Source of the DNA: Caecitellus pseudoparvulus
Taxonomy: Eukaryota > Protista > Bigyra: Bicosoecida
Assembly: GCA_965644315.1 (NCBI GenBank)
Contig: CBFFRQ010000044.1
Location: forward strand, 124,001 to 188,000
Direction of reading: 5' to 3'
Length of the DNA: 64,000 nucleotides
In this document: positions 23,274-34,500 of the stretch, piece after piece
Layout of the letters: each line of letters opens with the position of its first letter
Position numbering within the stretch: position 1 is the first letter of the stretch
Notes under the pieces: model-generated
What the model was told of the DNA's origin: nothing
The model's database searches: none
What the model saw: the letters and a program-made list of their open reading frames with translations, nothing else
Program-made: the position numbers and the translations under genes

Positions 23274-25007
23274 ATGTCTGGCATGCAATTCCTGGTTTCC
23301 TTTTTACTGTTGCGCCGGCGGCAGCATGTCCGTAGGTTGCAAGCGCTCCAAGCACTTATTGCCACAGAAGCAGCACTGTTGCTGGCAGTGGTAGCAATGG
23401 CCGATGAAGATGGACACGAGCAGGCCGTGCCACTACCGTGCTTCGATGAAGACTGTGCTCTGGAGGAGGGCGTGAGGGCCAGCGCACGTGGCCGCACCAA
23501 TCCTCTTGCAGGTTTGGCATCCGGTGTGAGGACGTGGGTGGCACGGCAACATGGAGTGCCTCTCGAAGAGCACGAGGTTTGCACAACCCCACATACGGTG
23601 TTGCAGTATACTATGAAGCAGTTGTGCTCTGTTGGTGTGAACACTATTTTAGCTCTATCGGTGTGGTTCATGAAATCTTCTGCACCAAAACTCTGGTACA
23701 GGTGGGTCATGCATTCGATCCTACCCGTGGAAGTAGAGGCCCACGCTGTGGAGCTTGCAGGTGATGAACCTGCAGAGGAACCAGACTCACAAGAGCACAG
23801 GACCTGGCAGAGACAGCTTCGGCGCCACAGGGAAGACTGTCTGCACGAGCACTGCAGTCGCCTTGGGGCATGCGAGCGTCCCATGGTGCAGCAACAGCCA
23901 TCAGTGGCAGACTGGTGGGGTGCTGTGGACTCATCATTCTGCGGCCAAGGATGCACTTTCAGTTGGCTGGAGGCTTGTTGCCTTGGAGTGCATTATATGT
24001 GCAAGGGTTTCAACATGAGAGCTGGACAAGAAGCGTTCACTGGGGCATCGAAGTCCACATGCAGTCGAATCCTAAAGGTTTTCTTGCGGTCTATCTCATC
24101 CAGCATGTTTGAACAGCAGGTGTACATGCCAGCACCAGATTCTGGGGAGTGGATGGAGAGTGTACGATTGAACTTTGCCCTGTCAGGCATGCAGCTGCCG
24201 TGCGTAGCAGGCAGCGTGGATGATACACATGTGCGTGCTTACATCAGTGAAGATAGTGGAAAGGGCGTATACATAAACAAGGATGGCGTGGCTTCGGTTA
24301 GTGCCCAGTGCATGGTAAGTGGCCACGGACTCTTCTGGCAAGCAGACATTGGGTATGCTGGTGCCGAAAGCGATCGGGGGAAGCTCATAAGGTCTCCCAT
24401 GTTTGCGGCAATGGTCGGGAACCCAAGCTTACGTCCTTGTCCACTCCCATATACATTGGCAGCAGACTCGGGATTTCGTCCGGGGTACACATTCTTACTT
24501 CTTCCGTTCGACCAGCGGGACACTGATGTGGTGCAGCCGAATCATTTGGTGACAATTTTCCACGATGCACTTTTGCACATTCGAGTTAAGGTAGAATGTG
24601 CATTTGGAGAGCTCAAGAACAGGTTCCGCATCTTGAACAACACTGCGAATGGAAACCTTGGGCCAGCAGCAGTTGCACTGCGTCTACGTGTAGCTGTAGC
24701 ACTGCATAACTTTGTACTGCGAGCTCTGCCATTGCGGGCATCTGTGTGGCATGCCCTTGATGTGACAGCGCCGGGGACTGTCTGGGGTGACCTGCTGGAA
24801 GAAGCAACGGCAAAGGTGGTAGAGGACTTGCTTGAGGCGCAGCCCCCTTCATGGAGTATGCCGAGTGCCATGGGATGGAAGACGCAAGTGCTGGAGCTGG
24901 CGCTTGGCCAGCTTCCACCCACACCATCTTCAAGTATGCTGGGGTTCAGTATCGCTCCATCATGGTGGGCACTGCCCAGTGGTGCCGCGAGAGAGTTGAA
25001 GAGCTAG
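23274..25007 (+). CDS. Harbinger transposase (DDE_Tnp_4 / HARBI1-like nuclease); true C-terminus may extend to 25102 via an intron
   Basis: Motifs: GASKSTCSRI (HTH), CVAGSVDDTH, YINKDG…SAQCMV, GAESDR, LAADSGF…LLPF, RVKVECAFGELKNRFRIL and LHNF. First ATG at 23274. Confidence 0.9.
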   Translation: MSGMQFLVSFLLLRRRQHVRRLQALQALIATEAALLLAVVAMADEDGHEQAVPLPCFDEDCALEEGVRASARGRTNPLAGLASGVRTWVARQHGVPLEEHEVCTTPHTVLQYTMKQLCSVGVNTILALSVWFMKSSAPKLWYRWVMHSILPVEVEAHAVELAGDEPAEEPDSQEHRTWQRQLRRHREDCLHEHCSRLGACERPMVQQQPSVADWWGAVDSSFCGQGCTFSWLEACCLGVHYMCKGFNMRAGQEAFTGASKSTCSRILKVFLRSISSSMFEQQVYMPAPDSGEWMESVRLNFALSGMQLPCVAGSVDDTHVRAYISEDSGKGVYINKDGVASVSAQCMVSGHGLFWQADIGYAGAESDRGKLIRSPMFAAMVGNPSLRPCPLPYTLAADSGFRPGYTFLLLPFDQRDTDVVQPNHLVTIFHDALLHIRVKVECAFGELKNRFRILNNTANGNLGPAAVALRLRVAVALHNFVLRALPLRASVWHALDVTAPGTVWGDLLEEATAKVVEDLLEAQPPSWSMPSAMGWKTQVLELALGQLPPTPSSSMLGFSIAPSWWALPSGAARELKS

Positions 25008-25122
25008 CCCTTCTGCACCTGCAAGCACCTGAACAGCCTGGGGCTGCCGGCGAAGGTGATGAAGGGAGTGACTGGGAAGGTGACTCTGTTGGCAGTCAAT
25101 AATGCAGTGTGTTGTCTCATGT

Positions 25123-27343
25123 TCATGACTGCATGGGTTGCCCAGCAACACTACGCTTCTTCAGGGCTGTAACCATTTGAAGTCGGGCGCGTGCGACCTT
25201 CAGCTCCTTGTCTGCGTCTGACAGCGGGTGCGGTGGCATGCCACGCAAGGTTGGAGGCACACTTCCGCTGTGCAGCTGCTCCAAAACAGTCTGAACCTGC
25301 TCTTGCATGCTAAGGTCACCGTCAATGATGCTTAGGTCCAACCACCCCTGCACTCTTGTAATTACACCTGATATCGCTGCATCTACCGCACGCTCACTAT
25401 GTGCGGCAGCAGCACCTGGTGCAGGCACCGAAAGCGAAGGTGCGGGCTGCTGCACTTGCAAGGACTGCTGGAAAAACTGAAGAAGTGAGGCGTCCTGTTG
25501 TGCTTGTCGTTCCCGTGCTGCCTCTTCAGCAACCTGTCGTTTCTCCAGCGAATCTGCCAAACGGGCAACGATGTCACGCATGCCTGCGGCTGGTGGTGAC
25601 GTGCCAGACCCCAGGCGACCTCCATCCAGGGCTCCAGTTGCTTTTGCAACAGCAGCAACACGGCTTCCCGTGCTCGTTCCACTCCCCGCACCTGATAGGT
25701 ACTCTCCGCCCTGTCGCGGACTTTCAGTGGGCAACGCAGCGGGCCTGCCACTCGCCAACAGCGAGGCTACTGTGTGTGATCCTTCAGATCTAGCCTCTGC
25801 AAATATCCCGTTGGTGATGTTGCGAGGCACTGAAGACATCGTTGCCTTTGGCCTGGCTTTGCCTTGGCACACGCTTGCATAATTCATCAGCTCGCCCGGA
25901 AGCAGTCCACCGTTCAGGGGTGGATAGCGCAAGTCATCAGTTGGTCCCACAGGCAACCACATTTCCTTGTTCGTTACGCTACACCGCAGGCGCTGGAAGC
26001 GCAAGCGCGCAGCGGCGCTTGCGTTTCGTGCCCTGCTCCACCCCACCTTCGTGATGTCCCAACGTGTGTACTTCTTTCCATTTAAATCAAGAGAGGGAGC
26101 ACCAGGGTGGCTAGGGGCTGTGGGTTCGCTTGCCCCCCCGCTTCCCGTCCTTCTGCCCTCAGACCCGTTGATGATGTCAACCTGTTTCTTCAACGTTTCG
26201 AGGCTGGCCCAAGTACCTGAAGCTGGAACCAGAGCCTCACGAAGGAGGCTTGAAACCAGGACCAAGCCTGACCACGACAGGAAGGCTTCTTGGGAATCAC
26301 TACCTGGTGTTGAAACCAACACCATGTACTTTGAGTCGTCTCGCTCCGGCCATGGCCTTCCTAGCATGTTCGTGTCATGCTCCTCGAAGGCAGTGAGCAG
26401 CAACGGCAAGAATTTGTGAGCTAGGCTCTTGCCCACAATGCCACTTCGCATCTTGTTGCTCCCTTGTGTGGCAAAAGTCCGGAACAGGCTTCTGTCAGAG
26501 CCTTCCGGGCATGGCTCACCCGACGAGACAACACGACCCCCAAGAGATGAGTAGTCAATGGTACCCTCACGAACACCCAGACGAACGATAGCTCCAGACA
26601 TTCTCCATGCACTTGCTTTGTTTCCAAAGGCAGCCCAGGTCGACGACGGCATCAAGGTGGCGAACTCCTTCTTGTCAGGGTGCGTCTGCACCCCATTCTT
26701 GGACGGTGTTTGCAACAGAGCTCGATCAGTAGAGGCCCACGGAATTGGGCTCGCTGAGTCGAGACGCATCAACGCACGGGCAGGGGAAGTGGCAGCTGGT
26801 GTCGCGCCGACGGCACCAGCAGCACTCCGTGGTGGGGAAGGGCTGCCAGCTGTCCAGGACACACCACCACTCTCCAAGTCAGGACTTGAACTGTCACTCT
26901 TGCCCTCATCACCACTCATGTCAACGACCTCGTCTGCGGGCAGAGTCAGGAAGGCGTGTTTGCGAGAAGCGTTTCGGAGTTTCACACAGCGGAAATGAAA
27001 ACGAACCGAAAGCTTCCAGTTGTTCCTTAGCGTTTGTCTTCATCCTCCTGGCAATGCTTGCTGTAAGGGCAGCAATCCGGACTGGTCTGGTAGGCGTTGC
27101 GATGGCGGGTGATTCTTGCGCAGCGAGTTCGCTTCCTGGAGGCGTTGCAGGCAGCTCAAACACCCGTCCTGCTGCCCCGAGCCTCGCGCCCGTCCGCAGT
27201 CGGGAAGTCGGTGCGTTACCTTGAAGGAACTGTCGGACCAGTGCATGTGTGTCCGCTTGCGAGCCTTCAACTGCGGTTCTTTTGCCACTCGTCGGCGCAT
27301 CTGCCTGAACGCGTGCATTCCGGGGGCGCTTGCGGCCAGACAT
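25123..27343 (-). CDS. Harbinger ORF2, putative DNA-binding partner (~715 aa, 2 exons)
   Basis: Exons 27343-27007 and 26933-25123 join in frame across intron 26934-27006 (G|gttcgt…cccgcag|AC). N-terminal NLS-like MSGRKRPR and C-terminal coiled coil LADSLEKRQVAEEAARERQ. It lies within the TIRs, convergent with the transposase. A canonical Myb/SANT domain is not obvious. Confidence 0.75.
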
Positions 27344-27977
27344 GGCAGCAAATCATTCCAAGAGTATGCTCACAACTTACTGTGAATAGTTTAAAAGTAG
27401 AGTTTGATATCCATATCTGCACTGCTCGCCATGGTACACAAACCACTGCCAGCAAGTGGCAAATTCCGCATGCTAATAGGCTCGATAAACAACGCTCTGT
27501 TGCACACGACAGAGCGGCCGTTCAAGTCTAACATCCTCTGTTAGTGTCAAGGTGACAAAACATGCTGCCTGCAGCACTTTTCCGTGAACTTCAAAAAATG
27601 CATTCTCGTTTCACAGATTTTCTCGATTCAGAGGCCTCCGCTGGCCTCAATGAGACACGGCCCAGGCATGTGCATCATGCCGAAGCCGTCCAACACCACT
27701 ACCACAAGCCCAACACTGAACACCAGGGCCAGCCACACCTGCAGAGTAGCTATGACAGGTATATCGGGAGCCGGGGATGCGGTAGGAGTCCCACCTGGCC
27801 CCCCTTTGGGCAGGCGTTGTGAAGGCGTTGGCCAGCTGTGTGAAACGCAATGTCAGTCGACACAGGGCTCCCCCCTAGGCCACCGACACCATCACGGCCC
27901 AAAGAAGAAGCGTACATGGCTTGAAAGTATGAGGAAGAGGGCACACAGAGTTGACGTCCGCGCCAGCTTCATGCTCG

Positions 27978-28359
27978 CTAGTGCGTGTGTGTTCCCATAG
28001 CAGCAGCGTCAGACTGTCTCCTGCACTAGTACAGCCCTCGCACTAGTACAGCTGGCCCTGCACCAGCTCCCAACCGCGCTCACACTAGCAACGCTTCGCA
28101 AAGGTCTAGCGCACTAGCGCACAACCTACAACTAGAGAAATGTGTGGTGAAGGGGATTGACAAATCCCCGGCACACTAGCAATTTCAACCCAAGTGATGC
28201 ACGCCAAGCACTTCACTAGCACAGACTTGGCACTAGCACAGCCGACCCGTGTGAAAACACGCACTGGCACCCACACTAGTCAATCATTTTCTCAAGTTCA
28301 GCGCACTAGTGTGGGTTTCCTCACTACGCCAGAGAGGGTTCGAAGGCGTAAATTACTAG
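27978..28359. repeat. Right subterminal motif array (consensus CACTAGY)
   Basis: Thirteen CTAG cores at 27978, 28026, 28043, 28085, 28106, 28114, 28132, 28176, 28216, 28233, 28276, 28306 and 28356, mostly CACTAG, i.e. inverted relative to the left array. Confidence 0.85.
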
Positions 28360-28592
28360 TGGGCCGACTTCCAGTGACGGTGTCCCTTCTTCTTGCCACA
28401 CTTGAGAGCAATAAATCGAAGAAGCCACACCAGTTCCGACCAGAGGCAAGGAAGAATGTGAATCTGCCGACCCAATTTGCTGCTTAGTGTGCTTCTTTTC
28501 TTGTTTCCGTGGTGCGGTGTCAGGCAACGCCCGTCCAGGTACAGCTGAGCGGTTTGCCGCGACTTGAATCAGGCCTGGCTAGCAGGTGAAGG

Positions 28593-31500
28593 ATGTCAGA
28601 AGGCAGGGACTCCAGAAGGGTTGCAGCGCTTGGTGCCGCGAGGCCCGAGACCCTGCCTTTCATTCACCTGCACTGGGGGGTGAGTTTGCTGTGGCGCATG
28701 TCTTTTCGCTTGAGATCCTGCATTGCTCTGCTTGTATCCTCAGGAGACTTGCTCTGTTGATGTACGGGTTCCAGAACCCGAGTACATCCAAGAAGCCACC
28801 ATTTCCTGCACTGTTCCTCATGTAGCCGTGGTTTCGGCAGTGCATAGCAGCACAACAGCAGCTGGGAGCGTTTCGGTAACGTTTCGTTGTGCGGCTCGTC
28901 CAAACAGTGACGCTGCGCTCGCAGACGAAGTCCTGGGGGGTTACCTTGAGATAGTGCACCCAAGATTTTCGACCGTTTTGATCCCGATGGCGGTTTCTTC
29001 ACGTTTGCCAGGCCCTTGCACGGCTGATGTTTCGGCCCGGGCATTGGCTGCGTTGCGTGCCAGGGATGCAGCCTTGACGGCAATTTGCAGTGACCGAAGC
29101 AGCGGGGAACGGTTACGCGAGCTGCAGCATTTGGAGGAAAGGCTCGCTAGCTTGACTTCTTTAACTGAGAAGCCCTCCCGGGATGGGGCGTCTGATCGCT
29201 TGCCCGAGCTTGGCGAAGGACATGCTACAACGGCTGTAGCCTTGTCCGTGCTGAGCCGAAAAGGAGCGCTTGAAGCGCAGGGCCTCGATGCAGAGGTGGT
29301 TCGGGTGTCAAAAGATGCTTGGGAGAGTTTGGCACGGCAGTATCACGGGCTTTCAGTCGCGTTGGCGGAGCATTTGAAGCGTGCATTCTGTGAACTCAGG
29401 CAGCAGCATTCCGTGGCAGGGGTGGAGTATGAAGTATCCTTCTCTGACGCCGAATCCTTTCAAGTTCCCGAGCTACTGATACCACAGCCCCTTGATGAGG
29501 CATCCACGGCTTCCCTGCACCGCTCGCTTCACCGGCTTCAGGCTGAGCATAGGGAGCAAGTCGCGGAGCTGTGGGCACTGCTCGAAGCTGCTGATCAGGA
29601 GAAGCGTGAATCTCATTGCTTGGCTTGTCAATCTGCAGGCCACAGACAAAGGAAACTGGAGTCTACATTACGAACAAAGGATGACCAGCTTGCAGCTTTG
29701 TCAGTTGAGGTCGAGAGGCTGCGTGAGGACTTGCAACGGTCCGCCTCCAAGACGGCAGCCACTACTCTGGGAGCGCAGGATACTTCGTCACCAGCCAGCT
29801 CCAGTAGCACTTCGACCGAGGAGAGTGTTCAAGTCGACCCTCCTCAGGAGGCATCGTTGGAGCTGAGTTGGCTGCGGCGATGCTTGAAGCATGAGGTGGG
29901 GGAGCGTCGACGAGCTGTCCATGCCGCGGCGGAGTGCTCTCAGGAGCTTAAAGGCCTTGTCGAGCAGTGGGAAGCGCAGCGTGCGGCGCTGCAGGCGGAA
30001 CTTGACGCGAAAGGTAGGGTGTGTCACGAGCTTGAGTCAGATTTAGCCAAGGCGCAAGCATCCCTGGAGGTCATGACCGGCACCATCAAAGCGCTGCAGG
30101 CGGACCAGGAAGGTGACTCGGCTGCAGTACAAGATGAGTGCGTGCGACTGGCTGCCAGCACGATTGCGGCGATTCACGCACAGGAATCAGCCAACGCCCG
30201 CTGCGAGCGCGAAGCAGAGGAGTACAAAAGGCAGCTTCACAGGCTGTGCACGGCACATCAGGCTCAGCTTGCGAGCTCAGCCACGCCTCATGATGCAGAC
30301 GTCCAGAGCCAGTGGCTCAGCGAAGTCTCCAAGTCACTTCAAGCAATTGGTGAGGTTAGGTCAGTAGAAATGCGGCTGCGACACTGCCAGCATGCCTGCT
30401 CAGAGCTACAGCAGCAGAACACTGAGCTGCAAGCCCTGATCGAGGCCCAGACAGAAAGCCACGCCAAGCAGCTGGAGCAGCTGACCATGGATTCACGAGC
30501 CCTCATCATTGAAGCATGCAAGGGATGCAGTGAACCGACCCCCCCCAGAGGTTATCGAGGGCGTGCTGATGCCGCTTCTTTGCAGCGTCCTCGCTCATGC
30601 TCCGTGCACGTCGGCCTCCCATACCTCTCCAGGAGCAATCGTCGCATTGCGGCACATGAAGGCGTGAAGCAGCTGCAAGCTGAGGTGGCTGCGTCAGCCA
30701 AGGCTCAGCAGGTCCTGGGCTTGCACCTGCAGGCTAGTCTGAAGGCCCAGGCAACCGTCTGGAGGCAGATCCTTGTGTCCCTTCGTTCGGCACAACCAAT
30801 TGGCAGCGCCGAAAGGCACGAGGCATCCAAACTCGACCAAAGCTGGCAGCTTCTACTCGAATTATGCCGCAGCCTGCAGCACGCGGTTGTCTCACAGCAG
30901 GCTCAACGGGGAGTGCAGCACCACACCACACGAAAGCCGTCACTTGGAACTGATACTTTGGCTTCCGGTGGTTCCCTTTCACCACCTTCCCTGGAGGAAA
31001 GCCGGCCAAGTCTCATGGCTTCCGTACCGAATGTCGTTGCTTCCTTGGTTAAGGAAGGCCTGTGCTCTGCTGTTCAAGATGTGCAGCAGTCGCACGGCAT
31101 TGAGGCAAGCGACCCTAAAGAGGTGGCCGAGGCAGTTGGCGAGCACTTTGCCGTTGGGCTCGCCCGTGAGCTGGCTGTCTCACAGGTGCTTGTACACCAA
31201 CTCAAGAGCAAGATTCTTGCACAGGAACAACTGCGGGGCATGGCTGCCACTGCCCACGCAGGGCAATCTACGCTTGATTCTCTGTACCGCTTTGAGTGTT
31301 GGGGCTCCGCCGCCCAGCGCCTGACTGAGATATCGTCTGCTCTGCTGAGTCCCACGCTGAACGAAACCACTCCCCGCCTTGTCGAAGAAGTCCTGGACGA
31401 ACTCGCTGGGACAGTCAGCCAGATGAAACAGTGTGGGATACTGCAGACGCGCTGTGGCGAGCAGTGCTCAGTGGTCGCACATCATGTGAAGACTGCTCTC

Positions 31501-34500
31501 ACGGAATCACAGCAACTAAACTCCGAATTATCGAGCGCTCATGCATCGAGCAGTGGTACCGAAAGCGAGGCGCGTGGTCTCCCGCTCCAGGGCATTCCAT
31601 CTTCGACGCCGACCCCGCGCCGTTCGTCCAGAACGCCAGCAAACGTTGTGGAGTCTGCCAGAGCGCGGTTGTCTGCCCTTTGCCTCCAGGCCCCGAAGCA
31701 ACTGCGGAGCGCCCTCCTTGATGTACTCAAGGCGTTGAGTGTGGAGGGCCAGACCGCAGACACCGCGATCCAGACAGAGGAGCTGCTTCCTCAAGTGCCA
31801 GTCGAGCCTGCAGCAGCAGTGTCCACAGGCACACAGGCAAGCATGCCAAAGGCACAGAGTGAGAGTATTGGTGTACAAGCCGTGTCACAATCTTCGTCTG
31901 TGGCTGTTCAGTGTGTCGCTTTGGAGTCCGTGCCAACACCAGCCGTTAATGGTGCCGATTCTTCAGCTACCGATGGCCGTGACCTGCCTCAGTTGTGGCT
32001 GCGGGTCGACCGCCTCTCCACAGGCTTACAGCAATTGGTGCGAGTCCTGTTGGAAGAGAGAGAACAAGCTATGGAGTCTGACACACTCGACAGCCTGGCG
32101 TCGGCAGGCCCTGCTAGCCACGAGCTGCTTGCACAAGCCTCACCCTCCCCGCTGCACCAAGGCAGAGCGACCGATTCAAGCACTACATCATTGACTCCAG
32201 ATTCGAGCCCGGCCCCAACAGAGCCGCGCAGCCCTCAAGCACCTGGGGGCCAGGTGCAGCCAAGTGCTTCATCCTGCGGCAGTGCAGCAAGCGAGACGGC
32301 ATGCCACAATGGCAAGTGTTCCTGTCAGAGCGTGGAGCAACAACTTGCTGAACTCCACCTTGCTGTGCGGGAACTGACAGGCGCTATGGGAAGGCGCGGA
32401 GGCTCTACGCATGAAGTGCGCTTTCCACCTGGGGAGGAATCCGGGGCAGCTATTGGGAGCACCTCTAGGTGCTCTTCGGGCATTGACGATGCTCCTCCAC
32501 ACCCGACATCCGTGGTGACGGCCTCCCAATCAGCTGGCATGCACCGTGGATTGCCAAGCACACCTGAGCAATCCCACGCCACAGAAAAAAGCCCAGAACA
32601 TGTAGTTGACGAGCACCACGCCTCTCTGCCACTTCTGGCTCAGATGCCAGCTGATGTGTGCAGCAGCGGAGTGGAAAGCACCTGCGGGCAAAGCCAAGTC
32701 CCGAGACTCCCAAGTACGGAAGTTGGTATTCAGACAAACCAATCTTGGATAGGCCCCCCTCCATGCACAGTGTGTGCCAGCCGCGTTTCTGCAGCCGATG
32801 CAGCCAGCCTCCAAGAAGAGCTCGGGCGCCTTCAGGCCAAGCTTCATCAAGCCGCTTGCCGAAGCCAGGTTGCCCAGCACGCGGCAGAGCAAGCTGAGAG
32901 CAAGCTTGAGCACTGGAGAAACGTTGCAGAGACATCCAGCGCAGAAGTATCTCGACTTTCTGAAGAGCTTGGTACCTTATCACGGGCACATGCGGAAGGA
33001 AAGAGCGCGCTTGAGCGAAGCCAAGTCGCTGCAGAGGTGTCACAAGCTATGCACCAGCTGCACTTGAACCGGTTGCTCCAGCACACTGTGGCACTTCTCA
33101 GCAGCAAGACTGGAGGTGCTTCTCGGAAGGCTCTGCAGCGTGCACTGCGTGTCGTTGGTACAGCTCCTGAAGTGCGAGAGCGTGTGTTTGTTCGGCAGAT
33201 CAGTCGTGGTCGCAGCCGTCACAAGGACACGCCTTACGCCCAGCGGGCTCGCCCCCGCAGTGTATCTCCATCTATATGGCGACAGAGGCGTGATAGGTAT
33301 GCAGAGGCGCGTGCGAGATCAGCGAGCCCAGCAGCTCAGAGGGTCGGGGGAGGGTTCAAATATGCCAGTCGCAGCTCAAGGCAAACAGCTCCCGTGGACC
33401 GTGCCAACGCAGCTGCACACCAACGTGATGGAAACCTTGAGCCGCGTGCAGTTTCAGGGCGTCCGCGGCGCTTGCTTCCACAGCGCACAGGGACATTGAC
33501 CCCCATTCTTCACCTCAAGTGTGAGGCGCTCCCGCTTGATGCTGCGAAGGTGGTCGCTGGAGTTCTGGCAACGCTTGCGAGGCAGGACGTAGCAATGGCA
33601 CAGCTGCTGCGGACAGGAGGGCAAGTGCCACCACCGGTCCCCGCGGATACTCCTGCCCACGCAGCCCTGTCATACCTTCGGCAGTTCATGTTGCCCCATC
33701 CTGACGCGGGAGCGGTGGCAGCAATGCTGGAACAATTGGGCACTGGGAGTGGCATTGGTGAGCAAACCCCACGAGCAAGCAAACCAACATCACCTGTTGA
33801 TGGTGAGGTGGTCGTAAGGGAGGGGCATCTTGAGTCTGGCGCTGCAACAGAGGCAAATGGGAACAGTGGCCACGAAGATCGCCAACTGGTGCATACTCTG
33901 GCAAGCCATTTGAAGAAGCTCGCAGCCTCAACGCCAGCTGAGCCTCAAGGTCACGATGTTCAAACGCAAGCACCTCAAGCGGAAAGCCCGAGGTTGCCTT
34001 TACCACAGCAAGACTCCACGTCTCAGCCCCTGTGTGCTCCTGCACTGGCCACCTCTGCAACCCCTCCCACTGTTGCTGCAGCTGCTGCTGGCACAAGCAC
34101 TCAGGAATCTGCAGCTTCCGCCAGAGAATCATTGAAGCAGACCGATGAAGACGCGCGCGATTCCGCGACTCCCACGCCTTCCGATGTGAAGAAGCCGCCG
34201 AGCAAAGTGAAGAGGCTGAAGTCAGCCCTCGCCAGACGTACCAGCCAACTGCAACTTTTGCTGGATCAAGTAAGTGGTGTCGGCGAGGCACTCCGGAGTT
34301 TCCACGCTGCCACGGCCCAAGCACAGGGGGGCAAGTCCCAGAGCAGCATGCCGAACTCCGAAGAAGCCGGGCGTGCCCTTGAGCAGGAAGATCATGCAGC
34401 GCACGTTGGAGGGCAGCAAGGATTGGCTCGCAGGTCTACTGGCATGGCGCCTAGCCAAGCTCGGCTTGGAGGCTGGCACACCCTACTTCGAGAGGCGGCG

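Larger units (their letters stand above)
22653..27662. mobile_element. PIF/Harbinger DNA transposon (5,010 bp) nested in the Plavaka-like element
   Basis: CAG|GGCCCTGTCCCATTGAG (22653-22669) and CTCAATGAGACACGGCC|CAG (27646-27662): 17-bp TIRs, 15/17 identical, with a 3-bp CAG TSD (22650-22652 and 27663-27665; CWG is a known Harbinger TSD type). It contains a DDE_Tnp_4-type nuclease and a convergent second gene. Confidence 0.92.
16502..28380. mobile_element. Plavaka/CMC (CACTA-EnSpm-related) DNA transposon, ~6.9 kb excluding the nested Harbinger
   Basis: Left end TG|CCGTCACCTGACAGCGCTCCGCTAG and right end CTAGTGGGCCGACTTCCAGTGACGG|TG. These form an imperfect inverted repeat (first 7 bp perfect, 17/25 identical, CTAG at positions 22-25 from both ends) flanked by a 2-bp TG duplication. 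Subterminal CTAG arrays occur at both ends, and the element encodes a Plavaka-type transposase. Confidence 0.75.

Noticed and set aside
22556-28000. A ~145-aa plus-strand ORF (MDHLSSG…KLRAP|GMCIMPKP…) re-created by removing the Harbinger
   Set aside because: It is short, has no recognisable motif, and ORFs of this length arise by chance at this GC content.
27978-28359. CACTAG array as a CRISPR-like repeat-spacer array
   Set aside because: The repeat core is only 6-7 bp, spacing is irregular, there are no cas genes, the context is eukaryotic, and the array is mirrored at the other transposon end.
16502-28380. Endogenous virophage/Polinton or retrotransposon
   Set aside because: No capsid, packaging ATPase, pPolB, rve integrase, tyrosine recombinase or RT motifs were seen, and there is no strongly AT-rich viral block.
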